From an uncultured delta proteobacterium (GTDB taxonomy: Bacteria > Desulfobacterota > Desulfobacteria > Desulfobacterales > JAHEIW01), in assembly GCA_963706575.1 (NCBI GenBank), contig CAVPNL010000015.1, positions 256,001-320,000 on the forward strand: a stretch of DNA of 64,000 nucleotides, written 5' to 3'. The notes below the pieces were generated by a model. The model saw only the letters and a list, made by a program, of their open reading frames with translations, made no database searches and was not told where the DNA came from. A program made the translations under genes and the position numbers. Numbering within the stretch: position 1 is the stretch's first letter; each line of letters starts with the position of its first letter. Of the stretch, positions 1 through 10,028 are shown piece after piece.

Positions 1-1251
1 GGCGGCGGCGTTGCCGGCATGACCGCCGCCCAGACCCTGGCTGCTCAGGGATATAAAACCTTCCTGGTTGAAAAAAATGAGCGCCTGGGCGGCCAGGCCC
101 TGAGTCTCAGTGAAACCTGGCAGTCGGAAGCGGTGGGGCCGTTTCTGGATCATTTGATCGCGGAGGTCACATCCAATGAAAATATCGAGGTATTTTTAAA
201 TACCGGCGTCGCCGGCGCCGATGGATTTATCGGAAATTTTAAAACCAGCATCCAGTCCAACGGTGACAGTCAAGTTCTGGAACACGGCGTTACCCTGATC
301 GCTTCAGGCGCCGAAGAATTTAAAACAGAGGATTACTTGTATGGCCAGGATCAGCGGGTGCTCACCGGCCTGCAGCTCCAGAAAAAGATTTTAAACGCAA
401 ACGGGTTTGACTCCTGCCGCACAGCCGTATTTATCCAGTGTGTGGGTTCGCGCACTCCTGAACGCCCTTACTGTTCGAAGGTTTGCTGCACGCAGTCCAT
501 TAAAAGCGCCTTGAGCCTTAAAGCCAAAAATCCCGCTATGGATATTTTCGTATTGTACCGGGATCTACGGTCTTATGGTTTCAGAGAGGACCTTTATCGC
601 CAGGCGCGCGACCAGGGGATCAAATTCATCCGCTATGATAACGAAAAGGAGCTCGCCGTCCGCTCAGCTGAAAACAGCCTGGAAATTACGTTTTCGGATC
701 GGGTGCTCAGGCGGCAAATGCTGATTAGCGGTGATCTTCTGGTTCTGGCCAGCGCGGTGGTGCCCGAAAAAAGCAACCCCCTGGCGCAGATGTACAAGGT
801 GTCTCAAAATGACGACGGTTTTTTTGTCGAAGCGCACGTCAAACTGCGGCCCAATGATTTTGCCACCGACGGTGTGTTCGTCTGCGGCCTGGCGCATGCG
901 CCCAAACCCATCGAGGAATCCATTTCCCAGGCCCAGGCGGCCGCATCCCGGGCGGTGACGGTTTTATCAGCGCTGGAGGTTTCGGTCAGCGGCACGGTGG
1001 CGGTGGTGGATCCGAACTGCTGCAGCAGCTGCGGTGTCTGCGTGGAGATTTGTCCCTATTCGGCGCCTCAATTCATCGCGAACACCGGCAAGGCCGAAAT
1101 TCAGGCCACCCTGTGCAAGGGTTGCGGGCTGTGCGTGGCCTCCTGCCGGTCAGGAGCCATTCATCTGAAAGGCTTCGACACCGGTCAGATTATGGCTCAG
1201 CTCAAAACGTGCTTGCTCGATGCAGCGCCGGCAGAGACGACTTTTAGTTGA
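1..1251 (+). CDS. hdrA: Heterodisulfide reductase subunit A-like FAD/FeS protein, C-terminal part; 5' end lies outside the window
   Basis: Frame is open from base 1 (GGGVAGMTAA FAD motif). Contains HdrA motif QCVGSR...YCSKVCC, EAHVKLRP, and two C-terminal CxxCxxCxxxC ferredoxin motifs. Confidence 0.9.
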   Translation, partial: GGGVAGMTAAQTLAAQGYKTFLVEKNERLGGQALSLSETWQSEAVGPFLDHLIAEVTSNENIEVFLNTGVAGADGFIGNFKTSIQSNGDSQVLEHGVTLIASGAEEFKTEDYLYGQDQRVLTGLQLQKKILNANGFDSCRTAVFIQCVGSRTPERPYCSKVCCTQSIKSALSLKAKNPAMDIFVLYRDLRSYGFREDLYRQARDQGIKFIRYDNEKELAVRSAENSLEITFSDRVLRRQMLISGDLLVLASAVVPEKSNPLAQMYKVSQNDDGFFVEAHVKLRPNDFATDGVFVCGLAHAPKPIEESISQAQAAASRAVTVLSALEVSVSGTVAVVDPNCCSSCGVCVEICPYSAPQFIANTGKAEIQATLCKGCGLCVASCRSGAIHLKGFDTGQIMAQLKTCLLDAAPAETTFS

Positions 1252-1271
1252 TTCTGTATTTCTATTTTAAG

Positions 1272-1393
1272 AGGTTTCAGGTGTCAGGGTTATTGGAATT
1301 GTTCGATTGGTTTTATTGGTCTTATTGGTTAAATTGGTTGAGTTTAGCCGAACCAATTGAACTAATTAAACCAATTAAACAAATGTAACCGTT
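1272..1393. repeat. Periodic (~9 bp ATTGGTT/AACCAAT) imperfect hairpin repeat, family A
   Basis: Tandem (T)ATTGGTT units are followed by AACCAATT units. The core closely matches the reverse complement of 42121-42207. Confidence 0.85.
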
Positions 1394-1455
1394 ACCAACT
1401 GGCTGGCACCTATAAAAAATAAAATATCGCAAATAATGTGAAGGTGGTTGAACAC

Positions 1456-2577
1456 ATGAAGACCTTTACCGACTTAATTAATGAAGTTCAGAAGCCGGGG
1501 CTTTGCCATCGCTGCGGTGGATGCGTGACCTTTTGCACTGCCATTAATTACGGCGCCCTGGAGCTGGATGCCGAGGGCAAACCGCGCTATGCCGATGAGG
1601 CCAAATGTATCGAATGCGGCTTGTGCCATACCATCTGCCCGGAAATCGACGAGCTGGATGCAGAAACCCGCAAAAGCGCAGGGTGGACTCCGCCCATCGG
1701 GCGCGTGATGGAAACCAGCATTGCCCGGGCCACCGATCCCAACATCCGCAACAAGGCCACCGACGGCGGTGTGGTGACGGCACTGCTGGTGCATCTGTTT
1801 AGACGCGGCCGCATTGACGGCGCCATTGTCTCCAAACCGGCCGGCCCCTTCCAACGGGTGCCATTTCTGGCTGAGACTGAAAAAGATATTTTAGATGCCG
1901 CCGGGTTTTCCTTCGACACCTCCCATGGCATGACCAGCTTCAGCGATTATTATTTAACGTACTCCCAGATCAAAGAATTCGACCCCTTGATTAAAAAAGG
2001 GTTGCAGCGCGTGGCCTTTGTGGGCACCCCCTGCCAGATCAAAGCCGTGCGCCGCATGCAGTCCCTGGGCATCATTCCGTCGGATTCGATAAAATTCTGC
2101 CTGGGGCTGTTCTGTTCGGGTAATTTCGTTTTCGGCAAAAAGGAACAGGAAAAACTGGGTGAAATCGGCGGATTCAAATTTAAAGATGTCAAAAAAATAA
2201 ACATTAAAGAAGAGCTGATTGTACATTTGAAGGACGGCGAAGAAAAAACCATGATGCTCGATGAGCTCGAGTTCATGAAACGCTTTGCCTGTTACTTCTG
2301 CCCGGATTATTCCGCCGAGTACGCCGATGTATCCTTCGGCGGCATCGGCTCCCAAGAAGGCTGGACCACTGTTATTACCCGCACCCCTGTCGGCCGCGCG
2401 ATTTTTGCCGACGCCAAAACCAGCGCCATCGAAGAACACCGACCGGACAATTTTCCAAAACTGGCAGCCCGGGTACTCAAAAAAGTGCAGACCTGGTCGG
2501 CCCGCAAAAAAAAGGTGGCCGCTCAAAACCGCAAAGTGCTCAACCGGAAATTTCCCGGTATCAAGAAAGATTCTTGA
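1456..2577 (+). CDS. FrhB/FdhB-like (F420 hydrogenase/dehydrogenase beta subunit family) iron-sulfur flavoprotein
   Basis: N-terminal CHRCGGCVTFC and CIECGLCHTICP motifs, plus GGVVTALL, VGTPCQ, GLFC, CYFCPD and ADVSFGG. ATG at 1456 follows AAGGTGG. Confidence 0.85.
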   Translation: MKTFTDLINEVQKPGLCHRCGGCVTFCTAINYGALELDAEGKPRYADEAKCIECGLCHTICPEIDELDAETRKSAGWTPPIGRVMETSIARATDPNIRNKATDGGVVTALLVHLFRRGRIDGAIVSKPAGPFQRVPFLAETEKDILDAAGFSFDTSHGMTSFSDYYLTYSQIKEFDPLIKKGLQRVAFVGTPCQIKAVRRMQSLGIIPSDSIKFCLGLFCSGNFVFGKKEQEKLGEIGGFKFKDVKKINIKEELIVHLKDGEEKTMMLDELEFMKRFACYFCPDYSAEYADVSFGGIGSQEGWTTVITRTPVGRAIFADAKTSAIEEHRPDNFPKLAARVLKKVQTWSARKKKVAAQNRKVLNRKFPGIKKDS

Positions 2578-2696
2578 CTTTCCCCGGTATGAATTTTACT
2601 GATATTCTGCCAAGAAACGGAACACGGACAAATCCCCATTTAAAAAACTGGTAAATACGCGAATAACGACCTCACATCACTCCGAAAGGTTGTCCG

Positions 2697-4604
2697 ATGG
2701 CCGAGTATGTTGCCGCTGCACTGTTTGTCTATACCGACGATACGAAATATCTGATCGATCCGGTGCAAAACAATTCAGCTCGCACCCGCATCACCGCTGT
2801 TGCCTTTGAGGCCTTCATGCAAACACCGCAGGCACAGCTGGAGGGGATTGATCATGTGGTGGTTGCAGGATCTCTTGAAGTGATCAAGGAGATTTTGCGT
2901 CTGTCCATGAACTACCATTTCAGCATTGGCATCATCCCCACCGAAAAACAAAAAGATTTAATCAAGTTTTACGACCTGCCCAAAAATCCGACCGATGCCG
3001 CCGAACTGGCGTTGCGCTTGGATGGCCAGGTCATAGATTTAATATTGTGCAATGGAAAGATCATGTTGTTCAAGGCCACCGTTGGCCGGATCCCGCTTTT
3101 AGATACCCCCGCTAAAGCCAGCTGGATTCGGGTATTGGCTGACGCTTTGAGAAAATTTGTCGGGTTTAAACTTTACACGTTTAAATTCAGTACCGCCGGC
3201 AAACAAAAAATAAATACCGCCGCAAGCGGGTGTATGATCCTTCAGCACAGCAGGGGAAGCTTTGCCTCCAGATTAATGTCTCATGATCATTCCTTTTCGG
3301 ATGGAATGATTTCAATGGTCATTTCTGCTCCCATCTCAATTATTGCCTATGTTAAGTTGCTGTGGCAGGCCCTCAGATCTTCTAAAGGATATAAAAAACT
3401 TCCCAGCTCCATCGGATACATCAAAAGCCCTCAGATTGATATAGAGCCAGAAACTCTGTTCGATGTCCTCATCGATGACGAAGATACCACACATACGCCG
3501 CTGCATTGCGAAACCATACTCAAAGCGGTGCGCGTCAATGTCGGGAAAAGTTTACAGGATGAAGGCGTGGGCGCTGCGGGTGCCGGAGAAATAATTGACA
3601 TCGACAATCTCCCACGAGAAAATGAACTTCTCAAAGCCAAGCGACATAAGAGAATCCCTTTTTTCTCCTACGCCTCCGAAGAGCGTTTCCAGGATCTGTT
3701 CCCGGCGCTGCGCGAAGATGCAAGAATCAACAGTATCTATCTGGTTCTAATGGTGCTCAGCACCATGCTGGCTGCAGTCGGGCTTTATTTAAACAGCGCC
3801 TCTGTGATCATTGGCGCCATGTTACTGGCGCCTCTGATGACACCCATCGTTTCTCTGGCCATGGGCATACTTCGAGGCAATATCGATCTTTTTAAAAACT
3901 CGATCGGGAAAATCGTGATTGGCATTATTATCGCTTTGCTTTCATCCGCACTGATTACGTTTTTGTTTCCCGATAAACCCATTACGGAAGAAATGCTGGC
4001 CCGGCTGAATCCGACTTTGCTGGATCTTGGCGTAGCCATTATTTCGGGGATCGCCGCGGCATACTCCAAGTCGTTCAAAGAGATTATTCAGAGCCTGGCC
4101 GGCGTGGCGATTGCCGTAGCATTGGTGCCGCCCCTGGCGGTTGCCGGAATCGGCATCGGACGATGGGATTTCCATTTCTTTTACCAGGCCTACCTGCTCT
4201 TTTCGACCAATCTGGTCGGCATAATTATCGCTGCCATATTTACCTTCCGGGTGCTGGGTTATTCTGCGGTGGTACGCAGCAAGCGCAGTCTTGCGGTCGT
4301 ATTTATCTTCCTGATGCTGATTTCGATTCCGCTCTATTTGTCCTACTCCCGCATCGTGGAAGATCGGGTATTCGAAAAAAGCTGGCAGAATGAACGCTTT
4401 TTGGTCAATGAAAAATATCTTATCATTCGAAATGCATCCATATTCCGGCGCGGAGATAAGCGCATAATCCTAATGGACGTATTGGCTCGTGAGCCGCTTA
4501 ACCGCAGAGACCTAAATGCGTTTAAAAAGAAAATTCAAGCCAATTTTAGCCAAGAAACTGATCATTCGAATCAATACGTTTTACATCCCGTAAGGTTGCC
4601 ATGA
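2697..4604 (+). CDS. TIGR00341/DUF389 membrane protein with N-terminal diacylglycerol-kinase-like domain
   Basis: SASVIIGAMLLAPLM, RLNPTLLDL and LAGVAIAVALVPP motifs. An extra base near 4551 may mean the true end is KKLIIRINTFYIP* at 4593. Confidence 0.8.
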   Translation: MAEYVAAALFVYTDDTKYLIDPVQNNSARTRITAVAFEAFMQTPQAQLEGIDHVVVAGSLEVIKEILRLSMNYHFSIGIIPTEKQKDLIKFYDLPKNPTDAAELALRLDGQVIDLILCNGKIMLFKATVGRIPLLDTPAKASWIRVLADALRKFVGFKLYTFKFSTAGKQKINTAASGCMILQHSRGSFASRLMSHDHSFSDGMISMVISAPISIIAYVKLLWQALRSSKGYKKLPSSIGYIKSPQIDIEPETLFDVLIDDEDTTHTPLHCETILKAVRVNVGKSLQDEGVGAAGAGEIIDIDNLPRENELLKAKRHKRIPFFSYASEERFQDLFPALREDARINSIYLVLMVLSTMLAAVGLYLNSASVIIGAMLLAPLMTPIVSLAMGILRGNIDLFKNSIGKIVIGIIIALLSSALITFLFPDKPITEEMLARLNPTLLDLGVAIISGIAAAYSKSFKEIIQSLAGVAIAVALVPPLAVAGIGIGRWDFHFFYQAYLLFSTNLVGIIIAAIFTFRVLGYSAVVRSKRSLAVVFIFLMLISIPLYLSYSRIVEDRVFEKSWQNERFLVNEKYLIIRNASIFRRGDKRIILMDVLAREPLNRRDLNAFKKKIQANFSQETDHSNQYVLHPVRLP

Positions 4605-5765
4605 AAAATTTAATCCATCTTTCAATCCTCATTTCCTTTGTCTTCTGGCTGGGCGGATGCGACCAGAAACCGTCAATAGAGCCTTCCGGCAAAACCATAA
4701 AGATCGGCATCATTGCACCGCTCAGCGGCCCCGACCATATCAAAGGCAAGGAAGGTCTGAGAGGGATGCAATTCGCAATGCAATTGCAGCCTTATCTTCA
4801 AAATGGCGACCGCATCGAGTTGGTTGCGGAAGACGACAGGAACGATCCTGCTTTGACAGTCCAATTGCTGAAAAAATTGGTCGAAAAAGATAAGGTATCG
4901 GCAATCATTACGTTTTCAACCAGCGATCCGGTTTTGGCCATGGCAAAAGTTGCCGATGACTATAAAACACCCATTCTGGCGGCCATCGCCACCCATCCGG
5001 ATATCACCACGCACAATGGTTTTATCAGTCAGCTTTGTTTCGACGACCATTTTCAGGGGACCACTGCGGCGCTGTTTGTCAGAGACGAACTGCTCATCGA
5101 CAAAGTGGCCGTATTCATCAACCCGGACAGCGCTTATTCCAGAGATCTGGCTGCTAAATTTGAAAGTAAGTTCAAATCCATCGGTGGTGAGATTACAGAT
5201 ACGATACGTTTAGCAGAAGAAACCGCTGACTTATCCGAAAGAGATTAAAAGGGTGCACGATCAATGCCCCGGAACTGCTTTATCTTCCAATAGGCGCAAA
5301 AGATGTGCTCCGCATTATCAGGGAAGTTCGGGAACTGAGCTGGAAGCCCCAAATGATGGGAAGCGATGGATTAATATCAACCATGCTCACACAGCATAAA
5401 GAAGAATTACACCTTGTACGACGGCATGCTGTGCGATTGATTTTTTCGCCCACGGAATGCCTTTAACTCCTTTCGGCGAAAAGGTAAGAGATGCGTATCA
5501 CGATAAGTATAAAGGTAAACATCGGGCCGCATCAACCTCATATTCGGCTACTCGGCGTTGAAGGATATGCCCTGTTGCTCGACGCAATGAACCGATGCAA
5601 CGATCCCGCAGACCGGGAATGCCTCAACCAGCAGATCCGTTCAACGATAATTTTACAGGTCTTGCGGGTAACATTACCATCGGACCGGACGGTAAGGCCC
5701 AGCGCCCGCTTTGCATCAACTCCATTCAGAACGGCCTGTCGGAATTTATCGTCAAAGTTTATTAA
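4601..5765 (+). pseudogene. LivJ/K-like (type I) periplasmic binding lipoprotein, broken by several frameshifts after ~5235
   Basis: Lipobox LGGC and IKIGIIAPLSG. Plausible sequence continues in other frames (APELLYLP, MMGSDG, LGVEGY, NFTGLAGNITIGPDG) to TAA at 5763-5765. Confidence 0.75.
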
Positions 5766-5854
5766 TCCTCATGACAAACAAATCCGTATAATTAAGATTA
5801 CCCCCCAAGGGGCTGGATCCTACAAAAAGCCTGCCGAACCGGCCGGTGTTGGAC

Positions 5855-6964
5855 TCACCGCCCGGCAGCTGGGCTCCTGTCAAGATCGGTCTCCAACTCA
5901 TTGACAGCAACTTTTTTCTTTACCAGGCTGTTCCAGAGAAAAATGGCATAGAGCAAAGGAACATGGTCCCGGATCGAATCGGGGATAAGCTGCGACAAAT
6001 CAGACTTTTTGTTTTCTTTCAAACCGCCGGCAGCATCCGAGTCATTGCGACAGGGAGCATTCGTCACTTCCATTGCGGCGGGCCCATCATGAATGCTGTC
6101 TTTGCGGTCGATCAATTTGAGCTCGCCAACATGGCGGTATATGCCGGCCGGCGGTACCCGGGATACGATGTCGTCTCCGTTAACCACTCGATAAGCCCGC
6201 AATTTGAAATTTTCTTGAAACTTTTGATCTCCCACCCGGGGTGAACCAAAGGTATACAGCCCTTGAACATGCTGGAATCGATCTGCAGCAAGGGTTGCAA
6301 GGGCTGCTCCCAGGCTGTGGCCGGTAAACCATATTTTGCAGCCCTCATCCTTCAGGTTTTTCATGTAGGGGAAAATGTCGGCCCAGACTTCTTCCAATGC
6401 GTCTCGGAAACCACGGTGGACTCTGCCGCCCCGGACCCAATCCGATAGCCGAATATCGAAATCGGTTGTCCAGTCGGCAACTGTCTGCCAGGGATCGAAA
6501 CGCTCGTTCAGCTTCCAGCCCTCACTGCCACGGAATGCAACAATAGCGAATTGACCGTTGCTGGCGATGAAGCATTGGGTGCTGAGCTTGCTGAAAAATC
6601 TTAAACGCTTCAGTCCGGCCGCGCTGAATCGTTGTCTGACGTATGCTTCGTCGGCATAAACGAGTGTAGAGGCTTCGGCCAGCCACCAGGCGTTAATCAA
6701 GCTGAATGACGCTGATCGGTGCTGAAAAGGAAAAAACTCATGATTTTGGAAATAGGCGTAATCCCTGTAAGGCGGTGAAAGGTTTTTAAACGTAATCTCA
6801 GGGATTTCTTTTTTGCAAACTTGTGCGGGTTCCGAGGCCCAGCTAAGGGGTGAAAAAGATATGAGCCCGGCAGCCATTAGAATGCCAAGTGATTTGAGTC
6901 TGCGATGAGCAAGATTCATAATGGATTCTTCAACCGCTGACAGCCCGGTATGCCTCACCTTCAT
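5855..6964 (-). CDS. Secreted class 3 lipase
   Basis: IVAFRGSE, VHRGF, nucleophile motif TGHSLG, YTFGSPRVG, DIVSRVP and late DH; signal-like N-terminus. Confidence 0.85.
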   Translation of the reverse strand: MKVRHTGLSAVEESIMNLAHRRLKSLGILMAAGLISFSPLSWASEPAQVCKKEIPEITFKNLSPPYRDYAYFQNHEFFPFQHRSASFSLINAWWLAEASTLVYADEAYVRQRFSAAGLKRLRFFSKLSTQCFIASNGQFAIVAFRGSEGWKLNERFDPWQTVADWTTDFDIRLSDWVRGGRVHRGFRDALEEVWADIFPYMKNLKDEGCKIWFTGHSLGAALATLAADRFQHVQGLYTFGSPRVGDQKFQENFKLRAYRVVNGDDIVSRVPPAGIYRHVGELKLIDRKDSIHDGPAAMEVTNAPCRNDSDAAGGLKENKKSDLSQLIPDSIRDHVPLLYAIFLWNSLVKKKVAVNELETDLDRSPAAGR

Positions 6965-6970
6965 TCCGGG

Positions 6971-7964
6971 CTATTGCATCAGCTCAACTTCCTTGAAATA
7001 TTTTATGGCGCCGGAGTGAAACGGGGCGGTAAGCCCTTTGAGCATGTCTTGCTTTGCCAAATCCCCAAGGGCCGGATGCTGTCTTTTGAATTCCGCGAAA
7101 TTATCAAATACTTCTTTGGTGACGGTGTAAACAATGTTGTCCGGCACTTTGGAGGAGGTGCACAGGGTGGCGATGAGCGCCGAATGTTTTTACCTCTGCC
7201 GGATTTTCTGCGCCCGGATAAAATTTTGCGACCGGAACCGTCGTCTTGGTGTAATAGTTTTGATCAGCGACCAGCTGGTCGATGCCGGGGCCGGTAATCG
7301 GGATGAAACGGACCTTGCGCTCGCCTGCAGTTGCATATTGGAGAGTCTCGCTCGGATGCCCCACGGTGCAAAAAAACGCGTCGATGCGTTTATCCTGTAG
7401 CAGGACCGGCGCCTCGGCGGCTTTTACTTTTTCCGCATCGATATCCTTCCGCGGGTGGAGACCTACGGCTTGCAGGGCATCGATGGCATTCTGGTACTGG
7501 CCGGAGCCCGGGTTGCCCAGGTTAACCCTTTTTCCCCGCAGATCGGCTATGGTTTTTATGCCGGCGTCAACTGCGGCCACCAGGCACACCGATTCATGGT
7601 GGATACTGAATACGGCACGCAGTTCCTCCTGGGGGCCTTTTTTCTTCCACTCGGACAATCCCTTGACCGCCTGATATTGTATGTCGGATTGCGCCAGGCC
7701 GAACTCAAGATACCCGGCCGTGATCGCATTCAGGTTAAACACCGATCCGCGGGTGGATTCAACTGTCGCGCGGATTCCGTATGCGTTGCGCCTGTTGTTG
7801 ATCATCTTGGCAATGGTCAACCCGGTTGGAAAATAGACACCGGTGAAATCGCCGGATCCAATGGTGACAAATACGGTTTCAGCCTGAAGCTCAGCCGGAC
7901 CGGCATGGAAAATGAAGCCGGCGACGAGACAGGCGATAAAGGGGATAATCATCTTTTTCTTCAT
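6971..7964 (-). CDS. TAXI-family TRAP solute-binding protein with one frameshift near 7177
   Basis: TIGSGDFTGVYFPTG, VESTRGSVFN and GNPGSG. Removing one base restores FGVIATL...APFHSGAIKYFKE to TAG at 6971. Confidence 0.85.
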
Positions 7965-8228
7965 GAAAACCTCTTTTTCATTCTGTTTAATCCGGTATCA
8001 TGATGTGTCGTTTGACGACAGGCGCAATCGGAACTCGTTTTCAAACCAAACAGACCCTGGCAACAGTCATCTGTGAGCATGCTGAAGCTGTTCAATTGAA
8101 AATAGAACCAGTGCTTCCAAAAGTATGTCTTTGGTGATTATTTGCCATCATTCGGCCTTGCCACTGTCGCAAGTCATCATCTTGCGAGTAGAATTACGTT
8201 ACGCTTAAAATAAGTTTAGGTAGGCCCC

Positions 8229-9563
8229 TCAGTCTGATATTTGGAACGTTCGGGGATGTTCCCAGTCGAGCGCTACGATCTGATTCATAGAAATAGGCCC
8301 TTTTTCGAGAATCAGCACTGCGCGCAATCCATCGGTAAAATAAGGATCGCCGGTCAGGTTATGCCTCGGTCTGGAAGGCGTTGCCCGCTCCACCCCTTGC
8401 ACCCAGCCGACTTTGGAAAGTGTCTGAGAGAACAGCAAATCCTCGATGAGCGCATGGCGCGCTTCGTCGATATCCGGATCAATTTTGTGGGTCACGGGCG
8501 GCCAGGTTTTGGTGGTAAAACGGACACCAATGTCGCGGCTGATCTGACCGATAAAGACCGGTTTGCCTTCAAACCGCATCGGGCTGTACCATAAGCGCAA
8601 GTGATTTCTTTCGTGGATACTGTGGCGCGGTTTCTGGCGCGCCAGATCCTGATGGCGACCGTATGCGTACAATGAGCTTATGGGCGAATACCGGTAGCGC
8701 TTGCCGAAAAGAAAAGACTTTATTGTTTTCCATACGGCTGTCGAGTAAGTCTCTTCAGCCGGAAGCCAGCCGCGGCGGGCAAAGGCGGCAGCCACATCAA
8801 AAAAATCTCCGATGATCAACAGGTTGAGCGGATCTCCAAAATCCGTACCCGCTTCGTTCGTGGTGCAACATGGTAAATTCTCGAGTGCCGTTCTCAATTC
8901 ATCCTCATTTAATTCTACAATTTCTTTGTCTGAATAAAGGCTGTCAAAATCCACCATTTGATAGTCGACCCGTATGCCGGGAATTTGAACGAAGAAGGTA
9001 AAAAATTTAATATGCTGACTGGCAATCAGGTCGATTTGCACCACCTTTTCGCCTTCATCAAGATTCGTAAAAATAAAACCTGAAACCGCGGTGTTGGGCA
9101 AAATGGGGTTTCTGAAATTCATCGACCTGAAATAGTTTTCCATTTCTTTTCGGCCTGATTGACTCAACCCGCCATGGACGGCAAAAGACGTCTCGTTGGG
9201 CGAAAAGTAATTCGCATCGACAGCGGCTGAAATGAGATAATATGCCCGATCGCTGTGGTTTTCCACTTTAACCCAGATCGGTTGGATCTCTTTTATGGTC
9301 AAATTCGCACTGAACAGCGCCTTATTTTCTTCGGCGCTCGGCACGGCAACCGTTACGCGTACCTCATCGTCATATTTTGATTGCGAGCGATCACGGAATC
9401 TAACCTCGTTAACCGAACTGGGTTCAAAAGATGTTGCCGTCTGCGAAGATGCGCAACCGGTGAACATTAGCAAGAGCATGGAGGCCAAAATTATCCATAA
9501 GGTATTTGTGGCACCGGCGATTTGACCCCGGAACATATTTTGCGTGATTTGAAATCGCTTCAT
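8229..9563 (-). CDS. LssY C-terminal domain-containing lipoprotein
   Basis: Lipobox FTGC; GDPLNL, PISSLY, ERNHLRLW, GQISRDIG, THKIDPDID and NLTGDPYFTDG motifs. Confidence 0.75.
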   Translation of the reverse strand: MKRFQITQNMFRGQIAGATNTLWIILASMLLLMFTGCASSQTATSFEPSSVNEVRFRDRSQSKYDDEVRVTVAVPSAEENKALFSANLTIKEIQPIWVKVENHSDRAYYLISAAVDANYFSPNETSFAVHGGLSQSGRKEMENYFRSMNFRNPILPNTAVSGFIFTNLDEGEKVVQIDLIASQHIKFFTFFVQIPGIRVDYQMVDFDSLYSDKEIVELNEDELRTALENLPCCTTNEAGTDFGDPLNLLIIGDFFDVAAAFARRGWLPAEETYSTAVWKTIKSFLFGKRYRYSPISSLYAYGRHQDLARQKPRHSIHERNHLRLWYSPMRFEGKPVFIGQISRDIGVRFTTKTWPPVTHKIDPDIDEARHALIEDLLFSQTLSKVGWVQGVERATPSRPRHNLTGDPYFTDGLRAVLILEKGPISMNQIVALDWEHPRTFQISD

Positions 9564-10028
9564 TTTTCAACACTTCTCGCTTGAGTTTTTGTTTAATCAA
9601 AATCAATAATCGTGCAAAGGCATGCATATACAAATCTGAAATATTTTGCAACGTTTCAGATTTCAGATCACGTGGCTGTTTGGAATTTGGAGAAACTAAA
9701 AATATTTTGAATGTTCTGATAAAAGGCACAATTTCCCACGGTTTTGATTTCATAACCGCTGCCAGGACCTGGAAGCCATGACGGCAGTGATTGAAAATGT
9801 CGCGTCTCGCATCAAAAATCTGCCTTGACAATCAAACCGTCCTTCGATAATTGGCTAGGCATCATCTCCATTGAATTTTTTCAATCCTATTTGTGACGAT
9901 ATGGTCGATTGACTGACCTTAGCAAGGATCTTCCAAGCGGTCTTTACACAGGACGGCAGCGTGTTAATTTAAGACCTTATCAATAATCGTTCCTTAAATG
10001 TCATCAAAAAATAAGTTGAGATTCGATT

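Noticed and set aside
5491..5904. 137-aa ORF as an independent gene
   Set aside because: It is a frameshifted fragment of the binding-protein gene (contains LGVEGYALLLDAM).
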